This document shows, piece after piece, positions 59,742-64,000 of a DNA stretch of 64,000 bases (its first letter is position 1; each line of letters begins with the position of its first letter). The stretch spans positions 40,127 through 104,126 of the forward strand of contig JBBIGR010000012.1 of assembly GCA_037447435.1 (NCBI GenBank), read 5' to 3'. The notes under the pieces are model-generated. The model searched no databases. It saw only the letters and a list, made by a program, of their open reading frames with translations, and was not told the origin of the DNA. The DNA is from Fibrobacteria bacterium. GTDB lineage: Bacteria > Fibrobacterota > Chitinivibrionia > Chitinivibrionales > FEN-1185. A program made the position numbers and the translations under genes.

Positions 59742-61418
59742 ATGTTTAAGTTATCGGACATGAAGGTCGGTCACCGGATTTTCCTCACAATCACAATTAT
59801 TCTCTTGTTGATGATAACCGTTTCCAGTGTCGCATGGTGGGGCATTGCGGATATCGGTGTAAAAATGGACAAAGGAACACAACAAACCAAAAAAATGGAA
59901 TTGATACATGAAATCAACAATATCATAGATGGAATATCCCTCGATATCTGGGCAATTATCTCGATAAAGGACCCTGTAAAGCAAAAATCATATTCCGAAC
60001 ATATCGGTATCCTTCGCCAGAATTATCGCCAGAAAATGGAAATACTAAAATCCACCGCAATCAAGGCAAAGGGCAAAGAACTGAATGCGAAGCTTGAAGA
60101 AGCAATTGTCAATGCAAGAGACGTCAATAACCGCAGTATAGACCTTGCGCTTCAGGGCGAACAAACAAAAGCATTGGAATTGTTCAGCACCGAAGGCCTT
60201 GCAAAAAACGTATTTGTCGACAAAGCGACCGACGATTTGATCGCCTATCGCCATGATGAAATCAAAGCAAACAGCGACGACGCGTTGAGCACAAAATCAA
60301 AAGTCCAATTGTCGCTCATTATTTTTTCCACTCTGTCATTGTTAATCGCGCTTTTCATGGGCATTTCCCTTGCCCGCGGCATAAGCGAGCCGCTCGGCAA
60401 AGCAGTACTCATCAATCAAGCCATAAGCAACGGCGATCTGACCATGCATGTACGCGATATCACTCTCGAACGAAAAGACGAAATCGGCGACCTCGGACGT
60501 TCTATTAAAAAAATGTCCGATAACCTTAAGGAAAAAATTAAAACCATCTCCGATGGAGCATTGACGCTTTCGTCGTCTTCCGAAGAACTATCTACCGTTG
60601 CATCGCAACTTGCGGCAAATGCGGAAGAAACCACCAATCAGTCGAACACCGTTGCCTCAGCAGCCGAACAGGCTACTGCAAATATCAACAACATATCCGC
60701 GGCAGCCGAGGAAATGTCGACCGGCGTCGGCACCGTGGCGGTTGCAATAGAAGAAATGAGCTCGTCGCTAAACCAGGTTGCAAGAGACTGCCAGAAAGAA
60801 TCCAGGATCGCGGAAAACGCAAGCAACCAGGCAAAGTCCACACACGATCTTATGGAAAAGCTGGGCGCTTCGTCAAAAGAAATCGGCAAGGTAATCGAAG
60901 TCATCAACGACATCGCCGATCAAACAAATCTCCTTGCGCTCAATGCGACTATCGAAGCAGCCTCTGCCGGCGAAGCGGGAAAAGGATTTGCCGTCGTTGC
61001 CAGCGAAGTGAAAGAATTGGCCAAGCAAACCGCGCAAGCCACCGAGGAAATTGCCCGGCAAATCGAAGAAATGCAAAACAACACCGGCGATGCGGTTAAT
61101 GCAATCACCGAAATCACAAAAGTCATAGAAGAGGTGAACCAGATTTCCGGTTCCATTGTCGGCGCCGTGGAAGAGCAAACGGCAACCGTGAACGAAATCG
61201 CCAAGAATGTCGGCGGCGCCAGCCAGGCTGCGACGGAAATCGCCAAAAATGTCGGCGAATCGGCCAAAGGCTTATCCGAAGTGTCAAGTAATATCCAGGG
61301 GGTTAACAAAGCCGCGTCCGATACCGCAAGCGGTGTCGCAAACATCAAGACAAGTTCGATCGACCTTGCCAAAATCGCGGGCAGGCTCAGGAACATCGTG
61401 GGCCAATTCAAAATCTAA
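59742..61418 (+). CDS. Methyl-accepting chemotaxis protein (4HB sensor, HAMP)
   Basis: Two TM helices, HAMP (DEIG.L) and [32 protein letters not shown]. Confidence 0.96.
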   Translation: MFKLSDMKVGHRIFLTITIILLLMITVSSVAWWGIADIGVKMDKGTQQTKKMELIHEINNIIDGISLDIWAIISIKDPVKQKSYSEHIGILRQNYRQKMEILKSTAIKAKGKELNAKLEEAIVNARDVNNRSIDLALQGEQTKALELFSTEGLAKNVFVDKATDDLIAYRHDEIKANSDDALSTKSKVQLSLIIFSTLSLLIALFMGISLARGISEPLGKAVLINQAISNGDLTMHVRDITLERKDEIGDLGRSIKKMSDNLKEKIKTISDGALTLSSSSEELSTVASQLAANAEETTNQSNTVASAAEQATANINNISAAAEEMSTGVGTVAVAIEEMSSSLNQVARDCQKESRIAENASNQAKSTHDLMEKLGASSKEIGKVIEVINDIADQTNLLALNATIEAASAGEAGKGFAVVASEVKELAKQTAQATEEIARQIEEMQNNTGDAVNAITEITKVIEEVNQISGSIVGAVEEQTATVNEIAKNVGGASQAATEIAKNVGESAKGLSEVSSNIQGVNKAASDTASGVANIKTSSIDLAKIAGRLRNIVGQFKI

Positions 61419-61515
61419 ATTGTCGTCCAAACCACCCGGGAAAATGCCTCTCCGGCTTGCTTCGCTCACCGTACGGGTGTCGAAGCAAGCCGGAAATCGG
61501 CATCAAAACAATACC

Positions 61516-63186
61516 TTACTTTTGCGCGGAAATCTTTACCAGATATATTCCTGGTTTCATACCGGCCGATCTATCCGATTGCAATTTTCCCTCTTTAATA
61601 TCTCCCCTGCTCGCCAATTGTCCCATGAGATTGTAAACCGCAACATCCCCATAGCTTCCCCGCAATTGCTGCGGCAATGTCACGCTCCCGTTGTCGATTC
61701 GTACCAAATACGAAAGCGATGCGGTCCGTACGGGTTGTTCCCGCAAATTGCTTTGGTCAAGTACGCTTGAGCTGGCATTTGCGGTATCGCGTCCCCATAC
61801 CGATACTTCGGCCAGGCTCAGGCTGCTGGTTCCGCGCAACTGAATGCGAATATACCGGGCCAGAATACCGCCTCTGATCCGGTACTTGCTCGGGGTGGCC
61901 ATAACGCCGTTTTCATACGCGCAACATTCCCAATTCGTACCGTCCATGCTGTACTTGACATTGTAGTTTGTCTGGCTGTTCGCATTGTCGATCCGGTTAT
62001 AGGCGTAAACGCTGTCGACGATGTTAAGCGATCCCAAATCGACCTGCCACCAGGGTTGCGCTGTCGAATTTGTTTGACAAAAGCTATTGGCGGAAGTCGA
62101 CCCGTCGATATTCCCATCCACCGCCCGCGATGCTGCAAAGGCGCCCGACGTGCTGGACTGAGAAGCGGTCTTATTTATTGCGAGATTGGTATTGGCGCCG
62201 CTTTTTCTTCCCACTTCTGAAAAGGCATTGTATAAAAACATATGCATCGCGTCGCCGAAGCCGCCGGCGCAATGCTGAACGCCGGGCGGGGATTGCAAAC
62301 CGGCCAATATACCCAGATGCGCGCATCGCTGGGAAATCGGATCAACGCCAAAAAATTTCCAATACGTCCACATGATGCCGCTGGCGGTGGGAATGTCATA
62401 CGCGTCGGGAAAACTTTGATATGCCATGTAGGCCGCGCTGCCCGCTTCAATCCAACTTGTATCGAGCATTGCGCCGGAATTGGCGGCTACTGCGCAAACG
62501 CGAGAATTGACCCCCGGCGTTCCATCGGTTCCCTCCAAACCGCCGTATTTCATTGTATCGATAATAGAAGGAATCTTTGAATTTTTGTCCATATACGCTA
62601 CATTCAATGCGAGAAAACCGCCCGACGAACATCCGGTGATTGCGATGCGGGAAGTATCGATCCGGTACGTTGACGCATGCGCGCGCAAATACCTGATACA
62701 CGCCCGGGCGTCCTGATCCGTGACTTCGAAACAAACGGGGAAAATGCTCACATCCTGATTTCCCCACATGCGGTAGTCGGGAGCGACCCCGACATATCCG
62801 TAACCGGCAAGCGTATTGGCGTCTTGCCCGCCGCCGGGGCCGGTGCGGTCTCCGCCGGTAAAACCGCCGCCATACATGCACACCACGCAGGGCCGGGCGC
62901 TGCAGGTGTCGCCCGCAGGTTCATATACATCAAAATAAAGATCTTTTTGAGCGTTGTTATTCAACGGATTTAAGGCCGAACCGTATTTAACGCCGTTTGT
63001 CCTGGTGACGTTGTTGAAAACATGATTGACGAACCTTCCGGGCGGGACCGTGCTCATATACGCAAACGACGAATACGAAACGACAGCCACAATCGTCAAA
63101 GCGATACCGAACAGATTCCGCGGTTTCCTCTTTTCCTTTTGCGAAGTTTCAACGAAACAATATCCTTTTCCGCAAGATGCTCCCAT
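61516..63186 (-). CDS. Secreted alpha/beta-hydrolase (esterase) with F5/8 type C (fucolectin-like) domain and T9SS-like C-terminus
   Basis: YGGGF and GCSSGG motifs; NLA..K...QSS...A.RAVDG...WWQVDLG...LAEV.V.G. Confidence 0.85.
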   Translation of the reverse strand: MGASCGKGYCFVETSQKEKRKPRNLFGIALTIVAVVSYSSFAYMSTVPPGRFVNHVFNNVTRTNGVKYGSALNPLNNNAQKDLYFDVYEPAGDTCSARPCVVCMYGGGFTGGDRTGPGGGQDANTLAGYGYVGVAPDYRMWGNQDVSIFPVCFEVTDQDARACIRYLRAHASTYRIDTSRIAITGCSSGGFLALNVAYMDKNSKIPSIIDTMKYGGLEGTDGTPGVNSRVCAVAANSGAMLDTSWIEAGSAAYMAYQSFPDAYDIPTASGIMWTYWKFFGVDPISQRCAHLGILAGLQSPPGVQHCAGGFGDAMHMFLYNAFSEVGRKSGANTNLAINKTASQSSTSGAFAASRAVDGNIDGSTSANSFCQTNSTAQPWWQVDLGSLNIVDSVYAYNRIDNANSQTNYNVKYSMDGTNWECCAYENGVMATPSKYRIRGGILARYIRIQLRGTSSLSLAEVSVWGRDTANASSSVLDQSNLREQPVRTASLSYLVRIDNGSVTLPQQLRGSYGDVAVYNLMGQLASRGDIKEGKLQSDRSAGMKPGIYLVKISAQK

Positions 63187-63566
63187 TATTTCCCCCCTGC
63201 AATTTGATTGAAACGTACCATATGCACATCAAAACCGAAGGTCCTGATGCCTTTTTTCATTCCCACGATACCGTTATTGAGATTCCCACCCTTGGTCTGC
63301 CTGCGGGACAAACCGTTTCACATAAGGTATGTTTTTGTCCAAGGTTCCGCTATTTGAAATAATGAATTAAAATTAAGGATTTATATATTAATGTATCATT
63401 GACATTTGCATCCGGAATCATTCAATCAATTTCGCCCGGCATCCGCGATTTCAAAGGTAGCGGCGCTTTTGCCGGCTTAAACTCCGCATTATAAAACGAT
63501 ATGCTTAAAAAGCAATTGCCTGGCAGGAAAAAGGCGGAACGAGTTTCAACGAGGAAAAACTGAATT

Positions 63567-63595
63567 GCGGGGTTCCTCAAAATAAGGAACCCCGC
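63567..63595 (-). terminator. Hairpin downstream of the 63618 CDS
   Basis: gcggggttcct-7nt-aggaaccccgc. Confidence 0.6.
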
Positions 63596-63617
63596 TTATA
63601 TACAAGTATCTTTGATA

Positions 63618-64000
63618 TTATTGCGCGTGCACCGTTTGCACGGCATTGCCGAACGCCGAAGAAACGCGCACAATATACAGGCCGGTTTTCAAACGAAAAT
63701 TGCCCGTCGAATAGCTGCCGGATCCCGTGTGTCCCCGAGTAATCAATTTGCCCTGCAAATCCCAAATCGAAATGCCAAAATCGTTTACGCCCCGGTACGA
63801 GATCTTCAACCCGTTCGGCTCGGATCTGACTTGCATTTGATGCCCATGCTGCTGCGGAAACATCTCGGCAGAAAAGGCCGATGTGCTGGTAGGGGGTGTT
63901 CCCAGCCATTTCAATGCATTCAGGATGAGTTGAGCGTGGCGTGTATTGGTCCAGGTCTGCGTTAGGGCGGTATTGGTGCCGTAGTTCATATTATTATGCC
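63618..64000 (-). CDS. C-terminal fragment of a secreted protein (ThuA-like domain end plus T9SS-like tail), truncated by the window edge
   Basis: The frame stays open to the window end: ...GHNNMNY...LILNALKWL, then IWDLQGK...GLYIVRV. Confidence 0.6.
   Translation of the reverse strand, partial: HNNMNYGTNTALTQTWTNTRHAQLILNALKWLGTPPTSTSAFSAEMFPQQHGHQMQVRSEPNGLKISYRGVNDFGISIWDLQGKLITRGHTGSGSYSTGNFRLKTGLYIVRVSSAFGNAVQTVHAQ

Noticed and set aside
1..64000. CRISPR arrays, tRNA/rRNA, prophage or IS elements
   Set aside because: No regularly spaced repeats, tRNA-like cloverleafs, integrase or transposase motifs were seen. VgrG and PAAR are better explained by T6SS than by a prophage.

Overview
Bacterial chromosomal window with dense coding. 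It is probably Fibrobacterota (Chitinivibrionales/Chitinispirillaceae-like), inferred from the many secreted proteins that end in a T9SS/Por-type C-terminal sorting-like domain. The left ~31 kb is accessory: a partial guaB, an orphan vgrG, a thaumatin-like protein, a split spermidine-synthase-like pair, a GH2 enzyme, large surface proteins and a minus-strand PAAR-led T6SS cargo operon (20075-28899). That operon holds a DcrB/DUF1795 chaperone and a candidate effector pairing a peptidoglycan-binding domain with a Bacillus Tgl-like transglutaminase domain. vgrG and the PAAR operon lie 28 kb apart, yet each has a perfect TGTGA-N6-TCACA (CRP-family) box at class II promoter spacing. The right ~33 kb is mostly housekeeping and metabolism: mazG, yciO-like, aroB/aroA/aroE, a GGDEF protein, leuCD, a Ser/Thr kinase cluster, a degenerate GH57-STAS-lytic transglycosylase operon, GGGP synthase, alaS, recA, adk, nrfHA (CXXCH variant), an MCP and a secreted esterase. 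No rRNA, tRNA, CRISPR array, transposase or integrase was recognised. All calls come from motif recognition by eye; no database search was run.
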